A DNA stretch of 30,753 nucleotides. Origin: Methanocellales archaeon (GTDB taxonomy: Archaea; Halobacteriota; JAWCLZ01). Within the stretch, counting starts at the first letter, position 1, and each line of letters opens with the position of its first letter. Where the stretch lies: positions 1 through 30,753 of the forward strand of contig JAWCMA010000007.1 in NCBI GenBank assembly GCA_038850285.1, in the 5' to 3' direction. Below the pieces are notes generated by a model that made no database searches, was not told the DNA's origin, and worked only from the letters and a program-made list of their open reading frames with translations. Below, piece by piece: positions 21,032 to 28,488 of this stretch. Made by a program: the position numbers and the translations under genes.

Positions 21032-21858
21032 AATTTCTTTATTATTCCAAGACTTGAAATCGTTGCTATATCTGTTCTAGAGCCACCCCCGAGGACTACC
21101 TCAAGTTTTCCCTCGCATATTCGCTCTGCTATTTTTTTAACCACCTCTGCTATCTCCAGGTAACATTCAACCGTTAATCCAATTTCACCGTAGTCTCCAA
21201 TGTGAGTATCATGTCCAAAATACCAGAAAATGAATTCAGGCTTGAACTTCTCCACTCTTGGAACAAACTCTCGCTTCACTAAGTCAATGTATCTCTCATT
21301 GGTAATTCCCCATTCGACTCCAACATCTACTTTTGTCCCATCCCAGGAAACTTTGGTTATTCCACAAAGGCAAACGTGAAGCACGTTTTTATCATGCTGC
21401 AGTAGCTCACGCGTGCCATCACCGTGATGTGCATCGGTATCGAGGATGGCAAATTTTTTAACTCCAAATTTTTCTCTTAAATTTACGATTGCAAGTACTA
21501 CATCGTTGAAGCAGCAGTATCCCCAGAAGTAATCCCTGCTCGCGTGATGTCCACCTGCACCGATGTATACAAAGGCATTTTTTATTTCACCAGTCCAGAT
21601 TTTCTCTGCTGCTTCAACTACTCCACCGGCTGAGTGCCAAGCTGTTGAGCAAAGCGCGTGCTCTTTAACCATGTTTATCATTTCCCTACTGTGAACTTTG
21701 AGCAATAGCTTCTCATCCACTTTTTTGGACTCATAGAATATTACATCTGGGCAGTTAATCTGTGAAAAGGCATCTGGGAACTCGCTCAATCTAACACCTA
21801 TGGTTAAATAGCTCCTCTGGCTGAATGAAGGATGATAGAAAACGCCTGTCTTGCTCAA
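21016..21858 (-). CDS. Histone-deacetylase-family (HDAC/AcuC) Zn hydrolase
   Basis: GGHHA, GYCCFND, DTDAHHGDGT, GHDTH; TTG start with GGAGGT RBS. Confidence 0.88.
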   Translation of the reverse strand: MSKTGVFYHPSFSQRSYLTIGVRLSEFPDAFSQINCPDVIFYESKKVDEKLLLKVHSREMINMVKEHALCSTAWHSAGGVVEAAEKIWTGEIKNAFVYIGAGGHHASRDYFWGYCCFNDVVLAIVNLREKFGVKKFAILDTDAHHGDGTRELLQHDKNVLHVCLCGITKVSWDGTKVDVGVEWGITNERYIDLVKREFVPRVEKFKPEFIFWYFGHDTHIGDYGEIGLTVECYLEIAEVVKKIAERICEGKLEVVLGGGSRTDIATISSLGIIKKLADIA

Positions 21859-21905
21859 TGTTGACCTCCAATTGCTTAATAATCCTCAAAGGTTATATGC
21901 TTTTT

Positions 21906-23012
21906 TTAATGCGAAGGCAAGAAGTCCTTCAATCTTCTTATTGCTTTGAGTTTTTCCTCCCTGCCAACTTTTGCTTCCTCAACCCCTGTTTTAATCACCT
22001 CAATGGTTTTATCCATTGTTTTTCTATCCACTGGATATGGAACGCCATCTTTGCCTCCAACTGCAAATGAATATTTAACTGGATCTCTCCAGCTTGGACT
22101 TTTGCCATAAATCAATTCTGAAATAAGCGCTAGGGCTCTAACTGTCGCTGGGCCTATGCCATTTATCGCGAGCAGTTCTTCATAATTCTTCGGCTGAAAC
22201 TCATATGCTTGCCTGAGGGCTTCCCAGTCAACTCTCCTCGGCAGCACCATAATCGTGGGAAGTACTTCGCTTTCACCTTCTATCCAGTTTGCAAGGGTTT
22301 TCTGATAGCGATCCCACGTGAGGGATTTAAGCATTTTCTCAAGCTTCTCCGTTGGCTCTCTAGCTAGATCTAGGGAAACACTGCGTGCTTCTTCGCTCTC
22401 CCTAGAGGTCATATTTAAAACGCGATCTAGCTTCACGCTGCCTATTATTGCCTCGTGGGGCTCAATCACAAAACTCTTCACGTGAGCTCCAAACCAGTGA
22501 TATCTTCGAGCATATTGAGAAGCAACATTCATACCCTGCTGCACAACTGCCCAACTGCCACTCTCACTGATGAAAAAAGCATGCTGATAAAGCTTGTAAT
22601 TGTCTTGAATTGCAGCATTATCAACCTTGGCAGTCATTTTACTAGCATATCGCAACTGCTCCACGTTTATATCAAAAATGGCCTGGAGCTTGACGATTTC
22701 CTCAGGCACAGCTCTAGCAGCACTGCCCTTGCCACCAAGTATAGCTAAGCCGTGAACTTCTGGTTTAATAGCGCTCTTTAAAGCAGCGCTGGTAACTGTG
22801 GTTGTACCGCTGGAGTGCCAGTCAAAGCCAAGTACGCAGGAAAGTGCTTGAAACCAAAATGGATCAGCGAGTCTATGAAGCACTTCATTTGCTCCAAAAT
22901 CGTGCACCATAACACTCACTATGCCTTCAGCTAGTTTGACCATTCTCTGGAAAAGCCAGCTTGGAGCTCTACCGTAGTGAAGGGGCAGGTCTGCGATGCC
23001 TGTTCGATGCAT
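21906..23012 (-). CDS. DUF763 family protein
   Basis: ADLPLHYGRAP, DPFWFQAL, GFDWHSSGTTT, VVQQGMN, ARRYHW, HhH-like GIGPATVRAL, GGKDGVP. Confidence 0.92.
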   Translation of the reverse strand: MHRTGIADLPLHYGRAPSWLFQRMVKLAEGIVSVMVHDFGANEVLHRLADPFWFQALSCVLGFDWHSSGTTTVTSAALKSAIKPEVHGLAILGGKGSAARAVPEEIVKLQAIFDINVEQLRYASKMTAKVDNAAIQDNYKLYQHAFFISESGSWAVVQQGMNVASQYARRYHWFGAHVKSFVIEPHEAIIGSVKLDRVLNMTSRESEEARSVSLDLAREPTEKLEKMLKSLTWDRYQKTLANWIEGESEVLPTIMVLPRRVDWEALRQAYEFQPKNYEELLAINGIGPATVRALALISELIYGKSPSWRDPVKYSFAVGGKDGVPYPVDRKTMDKTIEVIKTGVEEAKVGREEKLKAIRRLKDFLPSH

Positions 23013-23108
23013 TCACTTTAATAATTTAATTCAAGCATAAATAAATCATTCTTAGTATTCTTAGAGCAAGTTTTATAAGGCTTGGATTTAAAACTGATAA
23101 AGGTAAAG

Positions 23109-23202
23109 GCCGAGGTAGCCTAGCGGCAAGGCGCAAGCCTGGAGTTTTTCAGAGAGCTTGTGGGGCGAAAGTCCCTCAGGAGTTCAAATCTCCTCCTCGG
23201 CG
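23109..23202 (+). tRNA. tRNA-Ser(GGA) with a 10-nt intron at 37/38 (23145-23154)
   Basis: Acceptor GCCGAGG/CCTCGGC plus G discriminator; D stem GCC/GGC; anticodon stem CAAGC/GCTTG with spliced loop CT-GGA-GA; variable arm GGGGC-GAAA-GTCCC; T arm AGGAG-TTCAAAT-CTCCT; CCA not encoded. Confidence 0.95.
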
Positions 23203-23404
23203 TAAATCTCGCAGTTTAACGCCTCTTTTTTAAATAAGCTTTTAAAATATTATTTATTTTATATATAAACAATATTTATTTTTAATTAAAAAATTATATC
23301 GAAACTCAGACCCAAATTATGAAAATACTTGGATGATTTCTTCAAACTAAAAAGTGGAGAAAAAATTTAAAGATAAACTTGATTTGCGATATATTTACTC
23401 CAAC

Positions 23405-23482
23405 TTACTGCTTGGGTTCTTCAGGCTTCTTCTCCTCAGGCTTCTTCTCCTCAGGCTTCTTCTCTTTTCTTTTCTTAGCCAT
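23405..23482 (-). CDS. 25-aa charged micropeptide MAKKRK(EKKPE)3EPKQ
   Basis: ATG 23482 to TAA 23405; AGGAGG SD 8 nt upstream; GAAAACTTTATC promoter-like element about 60 nt upstream; 15-bp repeat in frame. Confidence 0.6.
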   Translation of the reverse strand: MAKKRKEKKPEEKKPEEKKPEEPKQ

Positions 23483-23755
23483 GAGAAACGCCTCCTATGC
23501 CTACAAGCGGCACATTCGATAAAGAGAATGCTTTGCAAGGATAAAGTTTTCGCATATCATTCTCTAAATATGGTTAATGGTTTAAATATTGGAGTAACTA
23601 ATGTTCAAAAAAACCTTAAAAAACCTCCGCTCCCTGAGAAGAACTCTGAAAAATGAGGTGTTCATTTTAGTAATCGCTTTCTCATTTCTCAGCTATTTCG
23701 AGCATTCTCCCGTAGCTGAGGATGTCAATTCTTCATGAAAACATCTGTTTGTCTC

Positions 23756-24112
23756 TCAAATTTTCTCCCCTTCTCTTGGAACATATGCACCTGAGCATAC
23801 AAAGGCAGGATTAACCCTATTCAGCCGAATAAGCTCGTTGGTTTCATAATAACTTCTTCTTTGAACAAGTTTCACTGATTTATTAAGCTTCTTGGAGAGA
23901 TAGTCAAAGAGCACTTGATAATAAATAAATGTCTCTTCCGGCGAGATGATGCTTGAAACGGCTATTCTTATTTCCTCTTCCTTATATAAGCTTTCATTGG
24001 TTCTATCTGAAAGGTTCACCTTTTTTGCCTCTTCAAATGTTAAGCAACTATTGAACAAAAATATGAAGCATGAGAATATAACAATTGCAAGTTTTTTTGA
24101 CACATTTTCCAT
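23756..24112 (-). pseudogene. Truncated PhnD-like (phosphate/phosphonate-type) substrate-binding protein
   Basis: N-terminal anchor, then IRIAVSSIISPEET..YY..L.DYLSKKLNKSVKLVQRRSYYE...AFVCSGAYV; stops at 118 aa, well short of a two-lobed binding protein. Confidence 0.7.
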
Positions 24113-24226
24113 TCTCTCCCTCTTAATATAAAATTTTAAATTTCGCTGATTTATAAAACAAGTCTCAATGGGATTAGTTATTTTCTTAACCTAAATCTTT
24201 TAATATTTCTTGCATAAATTAGAAAG

Positions 24227-26059
24227 ATGATGTTTCAAATTGGGGGCTGCTGGGGTAAGCTCTTGCGAGTGAACCTAACTAGTGAAAAAATTGAAGTTGA
24301 AACTATAAAGAAAGAAGTTTTTCAAAAATTTTTAGGGGGCAAGGGACTTGGAGCTTATCTGCTGTATAATGAGCTGCCAAAAGGCGTAGATCCCCTCTCA
24401 CAGGAGAATAAGCTTGCATTTCTCACAGGTCCTTTAACCGGTACCGCTCTCATGGGCAATCGCTTTGCAGTTTGCACAAAGTCGCCATTAACTAATGCTT
24501 GGTTGGACTCTCACTGCGGAGGGTTCTGGGGAGTGGAATTGAAATTCGCAGGCTTTGATGGTATTATAATGGAAGGTAGATCGAAAGCTCCAGTTTATCT
24601 TACAGTATTTGAAGAAGAAGTGCAATTGCACGATGCCGAAATCCTCTGGGGGCTTGATACTTTTGAAACCGAGCGATTGCTAAAGAAAAAATATCCAGGC
24701 GCGAGGGTTTTATCCATAGGTCAAGCTGGAGAGAAGCAAGCTTTAATTGCAAGTATAATGGCAGATACACGCGCAGCAGCTAGAGGTGGAAGTGGTGCTG
24801 TAATGGGCTCAAAAAACTTAAAAGCCATTGCAGTGCGCGGGAGCAAAAAGCCAGAGGTAGCGAGTGAAGCAAAAGTGGCAGAGGTAGCAGCGCAGTGGAT
24901 TGAGAAATTGAAAGCCTCGAAAACCACTTCGCAGGCTCTACCTAACCAAGGTACTTTAAATATAATAGAAGGGGTGAATTACTCAGGTGGATTGCCCACG
25001 AGGAACTATCAAACCGGTAGATTTGAAGGCATAGAGGAAATAAGTGGAGAAGCCTATCAATACAAACTCTGGGGAGGGGGTAAACATCGCAGGGCTTGTT
25101 GGCACTGCCCCGTGGCTTGCATTAGAATATCCAAGACCTCTGAGGGAAAAGCAGCTGAAGGTCCGGAGTATCAAACAGTTGCTCAATTAGGTGCAAACTG
25201 CGGCATAGCAGATCGAGATTTAATTGCCAGAGCAGATTATTATGCCGATGCATATGGAATGGATACAATTTCACTGGGAAATACCCTTGCATTTTTAATG
25301 GAATGCTTTGAAAAAGGCCTTCTTAAAAAAGAAGAGATCGATGATGTAAAGCTTGAGTTTGGGAATAAAGAGGCATATCTTAAAGCTATACATGCAGCGG
25401 GCACAGTTACAGGAAACTTAGGGAAGTTAATAGCTAGTGGAGTTAAGCGCGCATCTGAAAAAATAGGTAGGGGAAGTGAGAAATTTGCAATGCATGTAAA
25501 GGGACTTGAAATACCTGGCTACGACCCTAGAGGGGCACTTGGTCAAGCTTTAGCATATGCTGTTGCAGATAGAGGAGCTTGCCATCTAAGGCCTTGGACA
25601 TATGGATCTGAACATCTAGGGAGTGGAGTGCCTGTAAATCCCAAAACCTATGAGGATAAACCAAAGTTAATTGCAAGTGGACAGCGAAATATAGCGGTTT
25701 TAGATTCCCTAGGTATATGTCAATTCATTACATTTGCAATAGGCTTTGGCGATTTATTAAACATGCTTAACGCAGTTACCGGATTTAATTACACTAGAGA
25801 TGAATTTAGAATTATCGGGGAGAGAATTAATACCTTAACTAGATCCTTCAACTGCCGCGAGGGATTTGATAGCAAAGACGATACATTACCCTATCGAGCT
25901 TTAAATGAATCATTAGATACAAGCGTGAGGAAGGGGGAAAAAATAATGCTTGAAAAAATGCTGCCAAGTTACTATGAAAGCTGCGGATGGGATGAAAGAG
26001 GTATGCCGCTTCCAAGAAAGCTAGAAGCGCTTAAGCTTGATTTCGTAGAGGTGAAATGA
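24227..26059 (+). CDS. aor: Aldehyde:ferredoxin oxidoreductase family (tungstopterin)
   Basis: KSPLT, SIGQAGE, RAAARGGSGAVMGSKNLKAI, CWHCPVAC, GPEY, GMDTIS, YDPR, RGACH, DSLGIC. Confidence 0.93.
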   Translation: MMFQIGGCWGKLLRVNLTSEKIEVETIKKEVFQKFLGGKGLGAYLLYNELPKGVDPLSQENKLAFLTGPLTGTALMGNRFAVCTKSPLTNAWLDSHCGGFWGVELKFAGFDGIIMEGRSKAPVYLTVFEEEVQLHDAEILWGLDTFETERLLKKKYPGARVLSIGQAGEKQALIASIMADTRAAARGGSGAVMGSKNLKAIAVRGSKKPEVASEAKVAEVAAQWIEKLKASKTTSQALPNQGTLNIIEGVNYSGGLPTRNYQTGRFEGIEEISGEAYQYKLWGGGKHRRACWHCPVACIRISKTSEGKAAEGPEYQTVAQLGANCGIADRDLIARADYYADAYGMDTISLGNTLAFLMECFEKGLLKKEEIDDVKLEFGNKEAYLKAIHAAGTVTGNLGKLIASGVKRASEKIGRGSEKFAMHVKGLEIPGYDPRGALGQALAYAVADRGACHLRPWTYGSEHLGSGVPVNPKTYEDKPKLIASGQRNIAVLDSLGICQFITFAIGFGDLLNMLNAVTGFNYTRDEFRIIGERINTLTRSFNCREGFDSKDDTLPYRALNESLDTSVRKGEKIMLEKMLPSYYESCGWDERGMPLPRKLEALKLDFVEVK

Positions 26060-26979
26060 AAGCAAGCGATTTTGAATTAATAACCACAATAACCGGGAGC
26101 TATCCAACTCAGCCAGAAGAAGCCAAAGAAGAGCTGATCTCAGTGGCGATTAAAGAAGCAATTGCTGATCAAATCAAAGCTGGAATTCGACTTATTTCAG
26201 ATGGACAAATTAGAGATCAAACACGCTTGCTAGCTGAGAATATAAATGGAATTGAAATAGTGGATGATAAACCAGTTGTAGTGGATGAAATTTCCAGGCC
26301 CAAGAAGCCTTTGCTTCATCAAGACTATAAGCTCGCTGTTTCATATGCCTCAGGAAAAGCAGATGTTAAGGGGATCATAATAGGGCCAATTAGCTTTGCA
26401 CATCAATGCAAGCTGGAGAAAACTGCGCCCTATAAATCCAATGAAGATATAGAACTTTTCTATGACCTAGCCGAGGTTCTAGCTTTCGAAGCAATAGCGT
26501 TAAAAAAAGCTGGAGCTGAGGTTATTCAAATCAATGAATCTATTCTAGCAGCTATACCTTACCTGAAAACCGCGAGGGATGTAATAAATTCCATCGCAGA
26601 GCACATACCAGTACCTGCTTTGCATGTATGTGGAAGCCTTCGAGGGGTGATAGAGGAAATTTTAGAAATAGATGTAAGCGTGCTCGACATAGAATGCACT
26701 AAGTATAAAAATCTGGTATTATTGGATAGAGATATGGTTGAGCCATATGATGTTAGAATTGCATTTGGCTGTATTGATACATCTCTTAATGAAGTTGAAT
26801 CAATTGAGGTAATTCAAGAGCGAATTATGCAGGCAATTGAAAGACTGGGGGAGGAAAACATCTGGATCAAGCCAGACTGCGGCATGCGAAACTTGCCTCG
26901 TGAGATTGCTTTTGAGAAATTAAAGAACATGGTTGAAGCAACAAGAAAAATTGAGAAAAAATTGTTTAAAATAAGATGA
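26056..26979 (+). CDS. Core-MetE / MesA-like Zn-dependent thiol methyltransferase
   Basis: TGSYP, ISDGQ, KGIIIGP, Zn ligands HVCG...DIE...PDCG, AFEKLKNMV; ATGA overlap with the aor stop. Confidence 0.85.
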   Translation: MKASDFELITTITGSYPTQPEEAKEELISVAIKEAIADQIKAGIRLISDGQIRDQTRLLAENINGIEIVDDKPVVVDEISRPKKPLLHQDYKLAVSYASGKADVKGIIIGPISFAHQCKLEKTAPYKSNEDIELFYDLAEVLAFEAIALKKAGAEVIQINESILAAIPYLKTARDVINSIAEHIPVPALHVCGSLRGVIEEILEIDVSVLDIECTKYKNLVLLDRDMVEPYDVRIAFGCIDTSLNEVESIEVIQERIMQAIERLGEENIWIKPDCGMRNLPREIAFEKLKNMVEATRKIEKKLFKIR

Positions 26980-27942
26980 TCAAGCAGAGGCAATTGAGTT
27001 CTTAAGCACCTCGGGATTTATCCTTCCTGCGCTATATGTTTTCCCAGTTTTAATGTTGGTGGCTGATAGCGCTGCAGGGGCGAAGAGTGCATTGTCTATT
27101 TTATAGAAATCAAAGCCAGCGGCTTTATAAATTTCATAAAACGGCTTGCCATAGTCCCTAGCATTGGAAGAGGGACATTTGCTTATTAATTCAGCTAGCT
27201 TGGCATCATCATCGAAGTCAACCGTGTAATATGTAACTCCTCCATAAAAAAGCGCGTCATTCGCCATGCCCATTGCCTTATCTGCATCTGGATGGGTTGG
27301 CATGACGGGAGCATATCCCGCGCCAAATAAGACCTTCAAGGGATCAAAGCCTAGTACTTCTAATCTAAATAATCCAGTTTCCACAATCCTAGCAGCAATT
27401 TGCACCGCACCAGCAACACTTGCAGTGGGCGAGAGCACGAGATAAACATTCTCAGGCTTAACATTACACTGCTGTGCAACAATCAATGCTGCCTCATCTG
27501 GGGGTTTTTCCTTGGTTTCAAGCACTGCAATCGCTATATCTGAGATATCAGAATATTTTATCTTCTCAAACAGCTTTTTAGGTTTCTTCGCAAGTGCTCT
27601 CGCTGGACCTGAACCAATTGCGAAAAATTTTCCATCAGCAGTTTTAATGTTCCAGCCTGCGAACTGTGCAGCTAGTAGAGAAATCGCAGGGTGATCGGTG
27701 GTCACCACGACGGTTGGAAGGTCTAGCTCGCCATATTTCATATAGCTAAGCGAAGCAGTGCCATAGCCTCCCATGCAGATCTCTGAAACCCTTATACCTG
27801 CGAGATATCCTCCTGGTGCTTTCAATCCGGTATCTATAACGGTTGCTCCACAGGGAAGTTTTTCAACTAATACACCATATTCCTGGGGGTTATTTAAAAG
27901 CTCTTTGACAGCTTTAAACGCTCCCTTGTTCACACTTAGCAT
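26980..27942 (-). CDS. mch: Methenyltetrahydromethanopterin cyclohydrolase
   Basis: MLSVN, EICMGG, QFAGW, GSGPARAL, APT-like SPTAS, QIAARIVE, ND..FYGG, YGKPF, FDFYKID..LFAPA; AGGTGG RBS before ATG 27942. Confidence 0.97.
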   Translation of the reverse strand: MLSVNKGAFKAVKELLNNPQEYGVLVEKLPCGATVIDTGLKAPGGYLAGIRVSEICMGGYGTASLSYMKYGELDLPTVVVTTDHPAISLLAAQFAGWNIKTADGKFFAIGSGPARALAKKPKKLFEKIKYSDISDIAIAVLETKEKPPDEAALIVAQQCNVKPENVYLVLSPTASVAGAVQIAARIVETGLFRLEVLGFDPLKVLFGAGYAPVMPTHPDADKAMGMANDALFYGGVTYYTVDFDDDAKLAELISKCPSSNARDYGKPFYEIYKAAGFDFYKIDNALFAPAALSATNIKTGKTYSAGRINPEVLKNSIASA

Positions 27943-28067
27943 AAAACCACCTATATTTAGAAACATCGAAATAACTAATAAGCCTTTATATTTGGATTGA
28001 AATCTTAACACCTTCCTTCTTTGACTTATAAATTTTTTGGATCCAATAATTGATCAAACTTTGTTAT

Positions 28068-28080
28068 CAAAAACTATAAG
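28068..28080 (+). promoter_or_regulatory. Putative BRE/TATA promoter for the structured RNA
   Basis: CAAAAACTATAAG lies about 25-30 nt upstream of the first GC-rich paired segment (28104-28106), which is normal archaeal spacing. Confidence 0.6.
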
Positions 28081-28103
28081 AATCTCAGAGTTTAACAACA
28101 TAT

Positions 28104-28480
28104 TTGCCCGGCCAGTTATGATTCACTAGCCGCGGAATAGGGATCATAACTGGAAGAGCGCGTGCTTCCCGATGGGCAAGCTAGAAGATTCGAGGCCGTC
28201 CTACATCAGACTCACTGTTGGAACGGGCGCTAACAGGTAGATCTGTAAACCACTTTCCTGAAACCTGGGAATGGGCTAATCACCCATATACGTTAAGGAA
28301 ATTGGGTAGGAATGGTCAGCGGCTTCACCCGCAAGGGGCGTGAAAAAGCGCAAGTTCCGTCCAGAAATCGGCAATCGTGCCGCCGAGGTACCTAAGCGGC
28401 ATAGAGGCCGTGAGGGTGGATGGAAGCCTGGTCACCGGATGCACGATCGAATCCGAACCGGGTCAGCCCATCACCATAAC
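28104..28480 (+). ncRNA. Candidate large structured non-coding RNA of unknown family (about 375 nt)
   Basis: No ORF of 60 aa or more; 54% GC by hand count (206/380 over 28101-28480) inside very AT-rich flanks; at least nine nested helices; G-U pairs and a GCAA tetraloop work on the plus strand. Confidence 0.75.
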
Positions 28481-28488
28481 CCAATACT

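Noticed and set aside
21004-23202. HDAC-DUF763 as an island integrated at tRNA-Ser
   Set aside because: No duplicated tRNA end and no integrase; the 14-bp repeat is tandem rather than flanking.
23419-23464. CRISPR-like repeats
   Set aside because: The 15-bp units are contiguous with no spacers and are in frame in a small ORF; no cas genes are present.
23354-23656. 100-aa plus-strand ORF with a Leu-rich stretch
   Set aside because: The LLLRLLLL run is the antisense of the KKPEE repeat; the SD and ATG support the minus-strand peptide.
23700-23730. IS200/IS605 right end (GAGGATGTCAA)
   Set aside because: Only a short match; no convincing subterminal hairpin and no tnpA/tnpB remnant.
23690-23758. 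Selenocysteine read-through of the PhnD-like TGA
   Set aside because: The in-frame continuation is short, does not resemble the family and ends at TAG; no SECIS-like hairpin seen.
28171-28476. tmRNA or tRNA with a giant intron
   Set aside because: No T arm next to the acceptor-like stem, no U8 and no G3-U70 pair.
28104-28480. SRP RNA
   Set aside because: Size, the UGUAA motif and GAACCGGGTCAG are suggestive, but there is no helix-8 signature (CAGG...GNRA...AGCAG) and no long helix 5 on either strand.
28104-28480. RNase P RNA
   Set aside because: AAGTTCCGTCC and CAGAAATCGGC loosely resemble CR-I and CR-V but are adjacent and cannot form P4; no GAGGAAAGTCC-type motif on either strand.
28104-28480. 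Group I/II intron, hammerhead or cobalamin riboswitch
   Set aside because: I could not find domain V, P7 core, CUGAUGA/GAAA or B12-box motifs, and the segment interrupts no gene.
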